Part shown: in pieces, positions 24,300 through 37,900 of the stretch
Layout: every line of letters begins with the position of its first letter
How positions within the stretch are numbered: position 1 is the first letter of the stretch
Source: Raillietiella orientalis
Lineage: Eukaryota
Assembly (NCBI GenBank): GCA_036172245.1
Contig: JAYWIR010000028.1
Location: 1,612,001-1,676,000 of the forward strand
Reading direction: 5' to 3'
Length of the DNA stretch: 64,000 nt
Position numbers and translations under genes: made by a program
Notes under the pieces: generated by a model
The model's database searches: none
What the model was told of the DNA's origin: nothing
Seen by the model: only the letters and a program-made list of their open reading frames with translations

Positions 24300-27200
24300 G
24301 AGCGAAAGCGCTCCTCGTTTCCACGGCGACGAGGAGAGCGGGTTGCGTCGGTTGCGCCTGCGCGAGGGGATCGGCGAGGAAGGAAGGGGGGAGAGGGAGG
24401 GGGGAGGTGAAACGGTCCAGAGACGAGGAAGGAGGCGGAAGAGCTTTTGGCTGGGGATTTCTCGGGAAGCGGGGCCGCTTCCGGTGGGTGTCCGATTCGC
24501 TCCAGCTGCGCGTGCCTGCGCAGCTGAGCTCGCAGAGGAGCAACCGCCCACCTTCCCGGTTGCTCTGGACGACCGCCGACACCTCCCAGCAGGGTTGCTG
24601 TTGCATCCAAAGAGGAAGCCCCGCAGGCTGCCGGAGGGAGTCCCCAAACCTTCCCAAACGACACAGCACTGGAGCGCTTCTCGAGGGGCATCGAAAAGGT
24701 CACGTGTTCTCTTCCCTACGCGTGACCCGAGGTGCAGCTGACCGCTTGAGATGCTCAAGAGCACCCCTTCCCTGCCTATGTGGACGCTGATGATGGCTTG
24801 AATTTCGACAAGAGCAGCGGGCGACCTGTTCCCGGACGGGTAGAGGGTGAAGTCTCCCCTTCCAGGAAGGCACCGGCGCGTTGCGAGGGCACTTCGGTCG
24901 TCCGAATTCTGTCACCCCTCCTTCTTCTCCCTCCTCCCTTTCCCGCTTGGCCGGGAGGAAAAAGCCCATGACGGGATGCGGCTCCGGAACAGCCAAAGGC
25001 TTCTTTGAATGCGGCCACGGGCACGACTCTGTAGGTGGGAAATCAGGTCAACCCGGGAACTCCTCCGATGCCTGGAGGAAAACGCCCGCGTTTCGGTAAT
25101 GGTTGCTCTGAACGCTGCTCTTCCTGCGGGTGCAATCCGAGATACGGGAAGGGCGTATTCGGGCAGAGCGCGGGTGTGCTCCCTCCCGTTTTGCCCTTTC
25201 GTAAGTGGCGACGCGGCAAAGAACTCCTCGAGTTGGGTTTTCGACGAGATGTTCTTCCTCTTCAGGTGCTTCCTTGGCTCTTTGTCCGTCTCCGGACAAA
25301 AGGACCAAAGGAGCGGATCGAAAAGACCGTCGTCAGCTGCGAGTCCCGAAGATGAGGACCGCAACTCCTCTTCAAGGGGGCTGCCTGATGCCCGCTTGGT
25401 GCGGATGCCAGGCAGTGGAACCAGCATCCAGGACACACGGACCGAAGGGCCGGAGCACCCAAGAGGTATCTCTGCCTAGGCAGCTTCCGTTCGCTTCAGG
25501 TGATGGGTGGAAGGCCTTGCCAGGGCACGGCCTCTTGCTCGAAAAGAGTACCGTGAAGGGTCCGCAGGCGAAAACCTGCGATCGGCAGGAAGGAAACGCC
25601 CTGCGTTTGGAAGGGAGTGAGAGAGAGGAGGGGGAAATCTCGCGAGCCGGATTCGAAGCGTCATCCTCCAGGGCGAGGGAAGAGCGGAGAGCGTGCCAAA
25701 GAAAGATGACTTCAAGCAAAGTCGGTTGATCTCTCGCAAGAAAGTGAAAGTTCTGGGATTGGCAGGAAGAAGAGGAAGAACTAAGGTGAGCGTCACTGGA
25801 ACATCAAGATGAGGGCATGCCAAAGACGCGGACCACGCCTCGTATTCGAAAGGGATGTTCTCCGGGCGTGTGTGGGATCACGAGGTGCTCCGAATCGGCT
25901 TGAGGGGGCGGGCCGTTCCCGTGGTTGCTCAGGATCCTCAAGAAATCGGTCAAACCTAGGAGAGCGTATCTCTTGGTTTACTCTTTCTGGACGCTCTTCG
26001 AGTTCAGGGACAGTCTGGATCGCTGGAGCGCTGCCAGCTTTCCTCTCGCAGGCGCGCCTAACTTTCCCCTCCTTCCAGAAAACCACCGATGCGTTGCGAG
26101 GACTCATCCGGAGGACGAACCCTGTCGGTCTTCTCATCGAGTTTCCAGGCACGTTTCATTCATTTGAGACGAAACCCATACCGGCCGGGCTTCCTCATCG
26201 GGAGCAGGGAAGGCACACCTACTCTCGAAACGAGGCTGGCTGCCACCTACCCGGCCATCAGTACCTGTGCATCCGGGAATGCGATTGGGAATGAGGCCAC
26301 CGTAAAGCAGTAGGAAGGAGGGTGTCCGGCGCTGCAGGGAGCGAGCCGAGGTTGAGAACACGTGTCCACGGGCGACTACTCTCCGGATTTAATCTCGCCT
26401 GCCCGTGCTCCCCGCAGATCTGCCGAGCTCCGAGTCCAGGGCGAAGGGCGGATCTCTTCTCTCTCCCGCGTTGTAGAGAGGTCTCGGGGATTCCCCGCCT
26501 CAAGAACGCTTCCTCCCGAGCGTAGCGCAAGCATCTCGCAAATGGGGAGCGCTCCGGGAAGCGCCTTTCCTTGCTGGTGCTCCGGGTAATAAATGGATTT
26601 CTCCAGACATCCGCACGTGGTTTCCTAGGGTGCTGATAGCATAATTGAAGGCAGTGCAAGAAGGGACCTGGATGCGCTCTTGCAGCCGATGTCTGATGCT
26701 CTGACATCAATCGAACTGCAGCGGGAAGGCTGCGCGACGGGAGCGTCCTTCCGGCTGCTTCCGTGATGCGTTCCCATCGAAGTGTCTTTCCCCGGGCAGA
26801 TTCGAAAAACTCCCTCTCGCTGTGCTCGCGCACAACGGGCCGTGAGGAGCCGTTTCCCTGGGCAACGCGGTGGAAGGGGGGGGCAGGTGACATGTGGATG
26901 GTAATGACCGATGATAATATTCCACCCTCTTGCTCCCCGTTTCTTTTCTGTTTTTTTTTTTTGGCTTACTTTTGCTTCACGGAGGAGGAGCGGGTAGTTG
27001 GGTTTCCTGCTTCTCATCCCGGAGATAAGCTCACCCCCGGAGTTTCTCATCCGGGGGTGAGCTTCGTTAGGTGGGTTCCGATCTTCGCCCGGCTTTCCTG
27101 CAGGGAACTGCCCACGCAAGATCGGCGTGGCCAGCAACGTTCTCCTCGCTCTCAGCGAGGAAGGCGCGAGAAAAATGCCAGCGGGACTCTTCCGAGACGC

Positions 27201-28400
27201 GAGAAAGCACACACTGTAAAAGCGGGTGGAACGGAGCTTTATGATTAATACGAGTTGACCTTGAAAGTTCGGACCATAAATTGCGAGGTAGAAAATACAA
27301 TGAATAGGGACTTTCACGTCACTGAAAATTTCACAGGACGGTTTCCCGCGCGAGACGCTAGGTAGCGGGCGAGGATGATGGATGTGGAGTCCATGCGTGC
27401 TCCTCATCCACGAGGTGCGGGGAAGTGGAACCATTACAAGCGACACAGTATTCCGTAACGAGAGGATGAGGAAGAGGCTCAACATCCCGCGAGAAATACG
27501 CTCTTCCCGATTAGCGCGCCACCGCGGAACGGTTTTTTCGTGGTGAACCGGGAGAGACGTGAGGCGGAGAGATCACCGAAGCAACTGCGGGTCGCTCGAG
27601 CATCTTTCTGCCCAGCGAGCTCCGTTTCGCAGCTCCGCGTTTCATCCGAAGAGCTTCCGCTCGCAGATCGCCGCCGCCTTCGAGTCCCGTTGCTGATGGC
27701 GCCCGCTCGCCAGAGGAGAACGGAAACGTCGGGACGTCCACCGCAGAGTTTGGCGAGTCTCCGCGCGTTCTCCGTTTCCGAATTCCCGTCGCTGCTGCTC
27801 CTTTTATCCGCGAATTCGAAGTGAGGGAGCGAAAGGCGGGAGCCGGGCGCCTCGAATGCCTCCGTGCAGTGGACCAAGAACTTTCGACCGTCCCTTGGAA
27901 AAGCGTCTGCAGGACGAGCAGACCTGTTCATGGTGGCCACAGACCGATGATGCTGACACGCGTCGGTTCAACGGATGTGAAATCAGGTGATGGAGCTCAT
28001 TTTCGGTTTGGATGCCGCAGCTGCGCCAACGGCCATCAGCCGTGCTCGGTTAGGTGGGAGCAGAACGGCGAAGTCCGGTTGTTCGCCTTCCTTTTATGGA
28101 ACGTTTCCAGTCACGAGTTTTTCCTGACGCCAAACTGTAGTGAAATAGAAAATTATCACGAAGCCATTCCTTTTTGTCGGGTAGGTGGTTCGAGGTCTTC
28201 TTTCAGCTGCTCCAATTTGCCTTTCTCCAGAGAATTCGCCTGGGTGGATGCATCCTGGCTAAAACGATGCAGGTTCTTGCATTCTGACTCGGTTTTTTCC
28301 CTATTCCTGAAATTCACTGCACTCAATGGTCTACCACTCTATTCAGCGTCCGCTTTGTTGGTAGAAGCTTCGTGCAGAGTACGGGTATTGCTTTAGATAG
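24300..28400 (-). mobile_element. Decayed BEL/Pao pol (pre-RT to integrase)
   Basis: GGRPDVSVLLW ~27720 (cf. GRYxVxLPW); YGPNFQGQLVLIIKLRS ~27250; FHRVAQGNGSS ~26860; KAGSAPAIQTVPELE ~26020 (cf. KSRVAPxKxTIPRLEL); NPAREIS ~25645; LPVSRIAP..F and RVDLISHL ~25050-25150. Confidence 0.85.
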
Positions 28401-29754
28401 CCACCATAGAAATATATATTCTGCAATTAACCGCATCACTTGACTGAGGAATGATAAATGAATAATAAGGATAAATTTATTTGTTTTCCGCCCCCTATGA
28501 AATTTTCGTTCGCTTCCCTCATCCCCTAGTTTGAAGGAAAACATTTCAGACGCTGACTAAAGACACTCCTGGAAATTCTGGCGAAGAAATCACGAAGCTG
28601 AGACTTTAAAAAAAAAAAAAAAAAAAAAAATGAACACGTAATGTGGTCAGAATCCTCAGCCGTCCACCGTTGACCGAACTCTCTTCCGCTGCTCCATCCC
28701 CGACCGATCACCGATCTCCTTGCATGCACGCGAGAAATCCAAGTGGCAGCGTTTCACTTCCAAGACAGAATGAATGAGACACCTTTGGTCCACTCGTTTC
28801 CCTCCCTCAATATAAATAAGGTTCCGTTAGTCCGAACGTGTTTTGCCGATTCGGGCTCGGAGTCCTTCGTCCAGCAGGAGCCAGGGAGCATCTGGTGCTC
28901 CCTGGCTCTGCTTAATAATATAATTCCGGAAGGAGGAATGCCCGATCCGCTGCTTACCTCATTTGTCTCCCAAGATGGAAGAGTAATTACATATAATTAG
29001 AAGACTGATTCGATGTTTTCCTTACATAAAAGAACGATTTTGGAAAACATATTATCTGCCAGTTACGCCTGATGGATGCTGCGGATCGTTATTCCGCGCT
29101 TTGGTTTCGTTGATGCCGCGAATATTTACGTCTTTGTAACTTCACAGCAGGAACCTGAGAACCCATGCTGCAGCAAGCTTCAGCACGCGCGCCCTAAAAT
29201 CACCAGTGCCTGCGCAAGAGCCCATTTGCCTGTTTACTTCTCTTATATCTTCCCATAGATAAATATATTGGAAGGCATGCATGAATTCTGCATGCGCACA
29301 TGTGATCTTTTATCGGCGAGTCTGTGATCACCGGCATGGAAGTGCTACAGTTGCCGGCACGCAGACACCTCACAGCTCGTGCAACTCTGCATGATGACCT
29401 CGCGTAGGAGCACTGTGGCAGTCGTGGGGACCAACGGTCTCGGATCCATAATTCTGCAGAGAGACAGCTCGTGAATCCATTGCATCGTAGATTCACCGGA
29501 GAACGGCAGTTTGTAAATTTCGGGACACCACGATCCAATGGGAGAATTCCGCTTCCGAAATCAATGTGCATCTGAACTGCTCGAGGAAAGACGCTGAAAT
29601 GGACGCCCTGTGCAGCGGAAAACCTCCCTCCAAAGCTTTCAGTGACTGCCATCGCTGTGGCTGTGGTCAAGAACAGCGAGGGTTTGCCCCATCTGAAACG
29701 TCATCAACCAATTACCGGAACAGTGGTCCTCGGAAGGACGACACAGCTCTCGCT

Positions 29755-29969
29755 GGAACGGCCGAAACCAAAGACCCCTGTCCCCTACCCTCCCCATATC
29801 TTCATTTCTATTTTTTATATGTCTATTTGTGGTCCCCTCCCTCCCGTTCCGGACTTTCGGTTTACCGACCTGCGTGTCGGGGATTCCTCCATTCGCTTCT
29901 TCTGTGTCTTTTGTCCGGGAGCCCTGTTCCCGGATAGTTCACAAATAAACCCCCCGGCTCACCCGGGTG
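29755..29969 (+). repeat. ~220-bp interspersed repeat, copy 1 (unclassified TE terminus)
   Basis: Aligns by eye end to end (roughly 80-85% identical) with the reverse complement of 59576-59798. Ends in AATAAA plus a GC hairpin. Confidence 0.9.
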
Positions 29970-30699
29970 GGAAGCAGCTCTCACTGGATATCTGGTCTTA
30001 TCCCGAGGAGATTTTCGACTTTGGAACATGCATGTGTTTGTGGTAAAGATCCTATTTTACCTGGGCTGATGTGCTATTCAGAGGCATCATGCACGAGAGC
30101 TCGAAAATCCCTCGTTGAAGCTGTGGGAAGATGTGGATGCATCTTCAAGATGCACTCATCTCACACACCTCGTGAATCGCCATGCTCACACAGAGGACGG
30201 GAGAATGGGTTGAAGGCTTTGGTTCAACAAAGATGGCGCCTGCTCTCAAGCAGAGAAGATTTCTCTCTCAAAGTACTCTGTGTCAAACTTTAGTGCAAGA
30301 GTATTGCTTAACAGATCGCTTGCCACTGTGGCTAAAGTAGGCGCCACTGATTCTGTCGCCTAACTCCTAAGGCTGTTTTATTTGGAGATTATTTTTTCCC
30401 CTATGGCTAACTACAAGAGCTACTACTCCCTGATAAAGAGTGACCCTTTTTGATGTCACCTTACTGTTTAACATACCGTGGTTGTACATGCACTGCATGC
30501 TGCATGCACCGTATTGCAATTCAGTACATGCACATTCAAACATGTGTGGCGAAATATAGAAACCTGTCATTGAGTTCCTCAGATTTTTATCAAGAAGTCA
30601 CCGAAAGATAAAGCACCAAATGTAAATACGTGTGCCTTGGGTCGATACAACCAGCACGTGACGTAACGAAAATCATGGTCCACGGCGGCTTATTCGTAT

Positions 30700-33600
30700 A
30701 GTGTGCACTCGGCTCCACTCGCACGTCTCCCCTACGAGCAGCAAAAGGGCGTTTCGTGTCTCTTCTTTTGGAGCAAACGGAAGCCGCTGCACCTTGGGAC
30801 GCGGCGTCGCAAGCCGAACGGGACTTGTGCTTCCGGCAGCACCTCGGCAAAGCGGAACGGTCAGTGCAAGCACCACCCGCCGCCGCCGGTCGTCAAGTCA
30901 GCCGGAACCTTCCTCCCAACACACCTCTCTCTCTCTCCACTTGGTCGCCAAGACGAAAGTCCCCGCCGCAGCTGCCGGTTCCCGCTTCCCGTGGACTGTT
31001 CGGAGCAGGCGTGGCGCAGCGCGGGTCAGCATGCTGCCGGAGTCCCAGCCGACCACTGGGAGCGGGAACGAGCCGCACTGGGAGGCGTCGCAATCTGTCG
31101 GGTCGCAACGTCGTCGTGGCGGAAACGGGAGCGTCCGTGGCAACGGATTCGGGCCTCTCTCTCGGAAGGGTGGGGTCGCCCAAATGACTCTCAACCTCGG
31201 GATGCACTCGACGTATGATGTGGCGTATGATGGATGCAAGAAAAACAAAACATTCCGGGAGGTCGACAGAGGGGGAAGATTTTCCCCGTTTCCGGTTGAA
31301 TCCAGAGTTGGAATTCTCTTTTAGATCTGCGCTAAAGAGCCCTTCTCTACGTAGCTGCGTTGGTCCAGTCCTCCGTTCCCTTCATCATTCACTATCATCT
31401 TCATCATCATCCGAGCCCTTCATCATTCATCATCGTCGTCAGAGCTTGCAGAAGTAAACGACGCCGATGCTGAGTTTCCATATTTCTGTCAGTGGGCTCT
31501 GATGTTTGTCCCAAGGATTCGGATCGTCTCTTCGTCCGAGTGCATTCGGTGCTTCTGCATCCGAATTGCGAAAGAGGGAAGGAAGGAATGGAGGAAAGGC
31601 CACTCTGTCGCTTTCGAAGGGGCCCTTTTTGCGTGGGCCCGTCGGTGCGCCGCGCACTGCGCGCGCGGGTGCAGATCGCCTTCCTCCTCCTCCCGAGAGC
31701 CGAAGCCGCTTTCCCTCCGCCTCCTCCTCGTTCCGAATTCCGTGGTGTCCGAAGCCCCACGAGCCAAGTACATCGAGTACATTGAACTTCCGTTCTCAGG
31801 TTAATAGGGACTACAATGCTCCCGTCGCCCGCAGAACGAAGCGAACGGCGTTCGAAGTCGCCTCCTGGAGTCGCATCCCGCGGGTGAATGGAGGAGGGGA
31901 CACGCAGCACCCTAAAATAGATTCCGACGCGTTCGGTCTTCCACAGTTGACAAGCGGGAGCCGAAAGCTGGTTCTCCTATGTAGGTTACGAAAGCCCTGG
32001 CGGAACGGTGTGTGTATCCAGAGCGACGCGTTTCCGCGAGGGCGGGCGGCAGCGACGCTCCAGCGTGCAAAGGAAGCCGAAGAGCGAACGTGACTGCGGA
32101 GCCACCTTGTTTTGATAACAGGGCGACACGAGGGAAGCGGGGAAAGAATCCGCGGCGTGTCGAATGGGAGGCACGATGGGTGTACGCCGGGAAGAACGGA
32201 AAGAGATCTCCCCTCGAGCAATCATCTGCTTTCCCGGCCGCTTCCTGGACCGGCGTTCGCGACCCTCCGCATCTCCGTCTTCTTTGTTCTCTCCTCCTCG
32301 TTCGAGATTACGTCATCCTCGATAGCTTGTCTTTTCTTTTCTCTTTTTTTTTTTCCTTCACATCTTCTTCTTCCATGCTTCCTTCTTGAAAAAACTCTTC
32401 GCGGAGAAGCGTCCAACGTGACTTCTTGCTACGTGCTTCCGCTGCGGATGGGTGCGACTGTTTAAGTGGTTCTTGCGTCAGTGAGGAGAGAGAGCCTTGA
32501 TCCGTCTTCAAGCTGTCGGGAACTGGAGCAGGCGTCCGAGAACGCGTTGGTTCACCGAGCGAGAAGGCCGACCGTGACCACATCAGTCGCCATCGCGTGT
32601 TTGCACACCGGCTGTTCCCCCGATCGTAATTTCCCAGCAAATTGCTGCTGAGGAGACGGTCGCGTTTCTCGGACGTGTTCTTTTCCGTGCCCTTTGTGTC
32701 GGTTGACTGACGGAGGAGCTCTGAAGGAATAAATAAATAAATAAGTGGAGGAAGGAAGGGGAAGAAGGAGATGCTGGAGCGCCATGGCAGTGTTCTCCGG
32801 GCAGCCTCCCTTTGTGAACGGTCATTAAAAAAAACGACGCGCTGGGCCTGCAGGGTCCACTGGTGCGCACGCAGAAGAGATCGTTTCCGGCAGTCGGAGA
32901 CAAGAAAATTGCGCCCCTCTCGGATTCAGAATTCGAGGTGGGGTCACTCTGCCGCCGGAGTGTCCTGAAGATTGTTCCCCTCCTCCTGGAGGTCACCGCA
33001 AGAGTTCGCCGCTGCGAAGAGCTTCCGCGCAGTTCGCCTCTGTCCCCCGACTTCCGCTTCGCCATTTTCTCCTTCCTTCCGCTTTTGCGTTCCCTCATCT
33101 CGCTCCTGATTCCGTACTCCGGATTCTTGGCAAAAGATCATCTCTCGGAGGAGGCTTGCAACTTTTTGCCGGTGCCTTGGCGAATTCTTGGAAAATGGTC
33201 GAAAAGCTTCGAGAGGCTTCCCACAGCTTTCGCGGTCCCTCGACCTGCCCGGTCGCCACCGGTATAGAACTGATCCTCCAGCGCTTGGGAGGGTGACCCG
33301 AAGGGAACCTTTTCCTTGTTCTCTCCGGGGGATCGCGTCCCTCTGGAGAGAATGAGGGAGATGCGAATATGGGAACCAGAGAAAAAAGCTGGCCTGCGTC
33401 CTCTGTTCAGAGAGTGAGGTGAGGTGTCTCTCGCTGAGTGAGGAGAATTCTGCACCAGCTCGGCTCTCTTGGGTTTCGGCATTGCGCGCGGGTCTGGGCG
33501 ACTCGATGATTTGCCCAGACTGTGCCAGGTCGTTTGGATGGGGGGGGGTATCCAAGCCTGCTCTCCATCTAGTAGACGTCTCAGATGTGTCGGATGCTGG

Positions 33601-34720
33601 GAGGTGCCATCATCTCGCAAGGGTCACCTGCCCCTTCGAGAGCTCACCCGGAGCGTTCAGAGTGGCTCGAGAGACAAATGAGACCCAAGTACAAAGACTT
33701 CGCTGTCTCCATATCAACGAAGGATGCTCAGGCAACCGCCATCTCCCAAATGAGAAGGCAGTGCAAGAGGTGGGGATCCCGCGGATGTACCTGGGCAAAG
33801 TGAGGACTACTTATGTTTGCCTCGAACGTCCAACGTAGCCGAGATGTCTATTTGGTTGGCACATCCCCCGATGATAAAAACGAACGTTCCAAAGGGTGTT
33901 TGTTTGGGGTGGAAGCAATCCCGTGACATCATGCACACAGATGACACGGATACGAAGAAAATGAAGTCGGTAAAGACGGTGAAAGTTGCAAGAACCAGAT
34001 CTCCATTCACCTTTTGCAATCCCTCAGTTCAATCAATACGGGAGCTGTTTCGCACACGTCCTTGGAATTACCGGCTCACTGTTTCAGGGACACTGCGAGC
34101 ACACAACGAAGCCATGATGGTCACGCGAACCGGCAGTTTGGTCGCTCCTGGGAGCACGCGCGCGCCCGCGAGAGAGAGTGTGGTTCCATCATTCTCTCCT
34201 TATGGAAATTTCTAGCCCTGCACAAAAGCCTCTCCCCAGCCTGGCTCCTTCCGGATCCGACTTTTGCAGGTCTGTCTCTTCCCGTGCAGGCAAGGAAGCC
34301 GCCTCCGATCCCCTGCAACTCTCCAGCATCCGCAGTACAAGGAGCAGCAGGCCACCTTGCAGACACTAGAATGCGTTACTGATTCTGTCGCTCACCTGTG
34401 ATTCTCATCATCACAACCATTGCTGGTTGGCTGCGGAAGGGCTTCAGACTCGCCGGTGAAAGTATTCTGGGAGCATCACCCAGGCCCAGCGCACCCGCAC
34501 GATGCGATGCTTCTCACCTTTTGAGTGCTTTAGGACGAAGTAGGCAGACCTCTCTCCGAGTTTTCAGATCGCTACTTTTTCATGATTCGCACGCGTTCCG
34601 AAAGAAGTCAAGAAGAAGAACGTGGCGACCAGCGGCATGGAAATCCTGTTCTTGGATGCAGAAAAAGAAGGCAATTGAGTTCGCTTGGGAAAATATCCGA
34701 GCTCTGAGGAATTCCAACGC
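30700..34720 (-). mobile_element. Decayed BEL/Pao pol (RT, RNase H, integrase)
   Basis: LLLDFFR ~34610; ALGLGDAP ~34480; SDTSE ~33590; LGKSSSRP..KRAELV and FFSGSHIRISLI ~33350-33520; QCTRC ~31775; VIWATPP ~31180. Confidence 0.7.
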
Positions 34721-34949
34721 TTTTTTTTTTAAAAAAAAAAAAAGCTGCTAGTAGTATTTTTCTCTGGATTTCAAAAATATATATATAAAAAAGGCATTAA
34801 TTTATTATTATTTTTTTTTAAAAACCTGGATATTCTTTTTACTGATGGACAGCCTGGAGTCGTCCACACGAAACGGCGAGAAGGAAAACTCGACCGCCTG
34901 CTCACTCGAATGGGGAGGTGTTCCACTTGTGCGTTCTTCCATACTTTAC

Positions 34950-37900
34950 CCTACTCTTCGGCTCCCTGCTTGCTCCTTACCCCCTGACTACTGGAATCCT
35001 TGAAAACAAGGGAGGCAGGTGACGAGAAACCGCTGTCCAGCAATGCGTTTCGGGGCTTTCTGGGGGTGAATTCCTCTCGAAAAGATCCCCCTTGAGGCAA
35101 GGAGCAGGCGGCCAAAGGAGGAAAGGTCAGGAACTCTTCGAGAATGCTATTCCAGCAAGATGTCCCGAGAGATTTCAACGCCTCTTACTTTCGTTCTCGT
35201 GTTCTTCGGAAACCACGGATCATGAGTCTGCAACAATCTGACACGAATAGGGTTTTCAGGAAAGTCGTGACCCCACTCCAAGGTCGGCACAACACGGTCG
35301 GGATGATGATACGCTGTCAGCTACCTCCAGTCTGCTGACCCGAACCTTCTACGCAGGCAGAGCCATCGGTGATCGCACGAACTGCGGCCGGCGGCTTCGA
35401 CAGCCGTTGCTCCCCTTTCTCTGTGCGCGTTTCCTTCCCTTCCCTTTTCCTCTTTCGCCACCCAGGAGACCCCAGCCTTTAGATGCCACACCACAGAGGG
35501 ATGAGGCAGCTAGAGAGCGATTTCTAAAAATGCAACTACCGGGCTGCACTCTTGCCCTGATGCACTACCTCATGTGTCTCATGTGCTCCCTACGATTCGT
35601 GGCAAAGAATGGACGGGGCTGACCGCGGTCGGATGTTGCCGTGCACCTCTCCAGTTGTTTTCGACCTTGGTCTTCCTCGAGACTCTCCCTCGAGCCTGGA
35701 AATGGGGGGAGGGAGGTTTTGGTGTCTCCGAAGCCGCGTTGCTACGCCGAGAACCCCTTGGCGTCGGGAGAGGGCAGTCAGCTTCTTGGCGCAGAAGAGA
35801 AACGAATGCAAATCCTTTCGCCAAGGCCGGTTGCTTTACCTGTGCTCTCTGGACTCTTTTGCACTCTGGATAAAGAAGCGGGGAAGCTGCAGGAGAGGAT
35901 GGGAAAACGAGGGAATTCGGGAGCCTGCGGAGCTCCCGACGGTTGCAGCCGAGGTGATGGGGGGAGGGGAGGCTGCGCAACCAGCAGTGGAGAAGACGAA
36001 CGTGCGGTGAAACCGACTGCGTACGCCCCCCTCCCCTTCCTGGAAACGTCCAGTAATCGAGGTCTTGGGCAATTCCAGGGAGGAACGAGAGGAGCCAACC
36101 TTTTCCAAAGCGAGCGGACGAGCGACGACGCCGGGAAGCTCCGGCAGCTGCGGAACATGGAAAAGCGCGAGTTTGGAAAGGCATGCCCGTCGGCGTCTCC
36201 AGAGGATGGAAGACCGTCGGGACGTAACAGGAGGTGCACCTCGCCGTGATGCCAATCGAGATAAGACGGGTCCGTGGAATGGGGGAAGGGGACGGAATGC
36301 TCGCTGACCAGACCTCCCCATCGCGCCTCCCCCTCATGCTGTCGCGCGGAGGGCGGTACATCCTCTTGGAGATCCGCGGGGCAGATCCCTGACCTGCGCG
36401 CTCCGTTGCGCCACCAGGCTGAAGGGTCCGAAGCTTCCTTGCTCGAGCGGCACGACTAGCATCGCCCTGTCGGGAATCCGACTGTCCGCTTGGCGGGCGC
36501 AGGAGACGCGCATCTGCATTTTTATATGTTCCTTTGCTCTGCTCCTTCTCCCTCTCCCTCTTGAGAGGAACAGGTCGGTCGCAGAAGAGAAGCATTGAAA
36601 ACCCAGGTCGAACGTCGCCCGCTCCTTTGGTCATCCAGGACCAGGCTGTGCATGTGCAGTGACCGGTGGCTCCGAGGCGGTTTTCTAGTAGCCGATGGCT
36701 AAGTTCCACGAGAGTCCCGCTTGGTGGCGAGGATGGCGTTTTCCCCCTCTTCCGCCGGAGCGGATTCGTTCCTGTCGTGGCCTGATGCACTGACGGTGTT
36801 CAGCCCGGAGGCGGGGAAGGGGAACGTAGGGCTCTCAAAATGCTCCCAGAGAGGAGGCGGGCCTTCCGGCATCGGAAGATCGCGAGTTCGAGGGACGTCC
36901 GAAGCGGGCAGGCAGCCCACGGCATCCATCAGAACGAGGGCGGAGCACGCGGGGCCTTTGGGTTGGCGGAGGCTGCAAAACTCTCCCACATGGCCAGGGT
37001 TGCTCTGGGAGACCCACCCTGAACCGTTTCGGGAAGGTCCCACACGCCCTCTGCGCCGCGCCCGGTGGTTCTCTGCTCCAACATGGCTGCCTACGCGCAT
37101 CTCGCGGCACGTCCGTTCCTCCATCCCCCACCTTTTTCCGCCTGCTCATCCGGTGTGCCGCGCACCCCGAGCCCACCTGGAGGGGCTGTTCCTTCCCCCC
37201 CCCCCTTCCTCTTTCGCCAGAGCGGAAGAGCACTCAGGCAGTCCCCCAGCGGCGGCAGACGAACCTCGGGCAAAAGACGCGAGCTGGATGCTGATGTCTT
37301 CTTCCGCCTCCGCTCGCTTTTCTTCTCGCGGGATGGACTCGGGAGCGGGGAAAAGCACACACACAAACACACATACAAAAAAAAAAAAGAACCGCTCGCT
37401 CGCATCTCGGAGCGGAGATGGCCGAGATTAATGCGTATGAGGAGCCTGTCAGGACGGAATCATTACGAGGCGAAGATCGGCTCCTATTGGGAACGCATTC
37501 GTGTATCTATAAATCTTTTGCATCGGAGTGCACAGGAATTAGCCGGAGATCACGCTGGCTGCTCGCGGCGTAATTGGTGATAATGTTCCCAGGGACCCCG
37601 GATGCAGATTTGGACGGGGTTGCTCCTTGCAGCGTGCCACAAGGCGCCGGCTCCGTTGTTCCACTCGGGGTAAATGAGATGCTTGCTCCTCGGCAGTTTC
37701 CTGAGCGCTCAGTTTCTTTCCTTCGATCTTCCCACCCACCCTCCCCTCCTTGCCCCCGCTCTTTTCTTCTTCTACTTCCCTCTCCTGCGTGCCGATGCAG
37801 CTTCTCATTAGAGAAGAGGCGTGCAAAAATGTGGGCGTACGCTCTTCTGCTAATGGCGCCTGAGTTTCGTGGCGTGCCAAGACGAAGAGACAGGAGGAAC

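Noticed and set aside
29824..29835. Sm-site-like ATTTGTGG suggesting an snRNA
   Set aside because: No other U1 or other snRNA sequence features.
35030..35055. ALLDSG aspartic protease motif on minus
   Set aside because: It directly follows an integrase-tail-like motif and its spacing to the next RT is short. Ambiguous, so not called separately.
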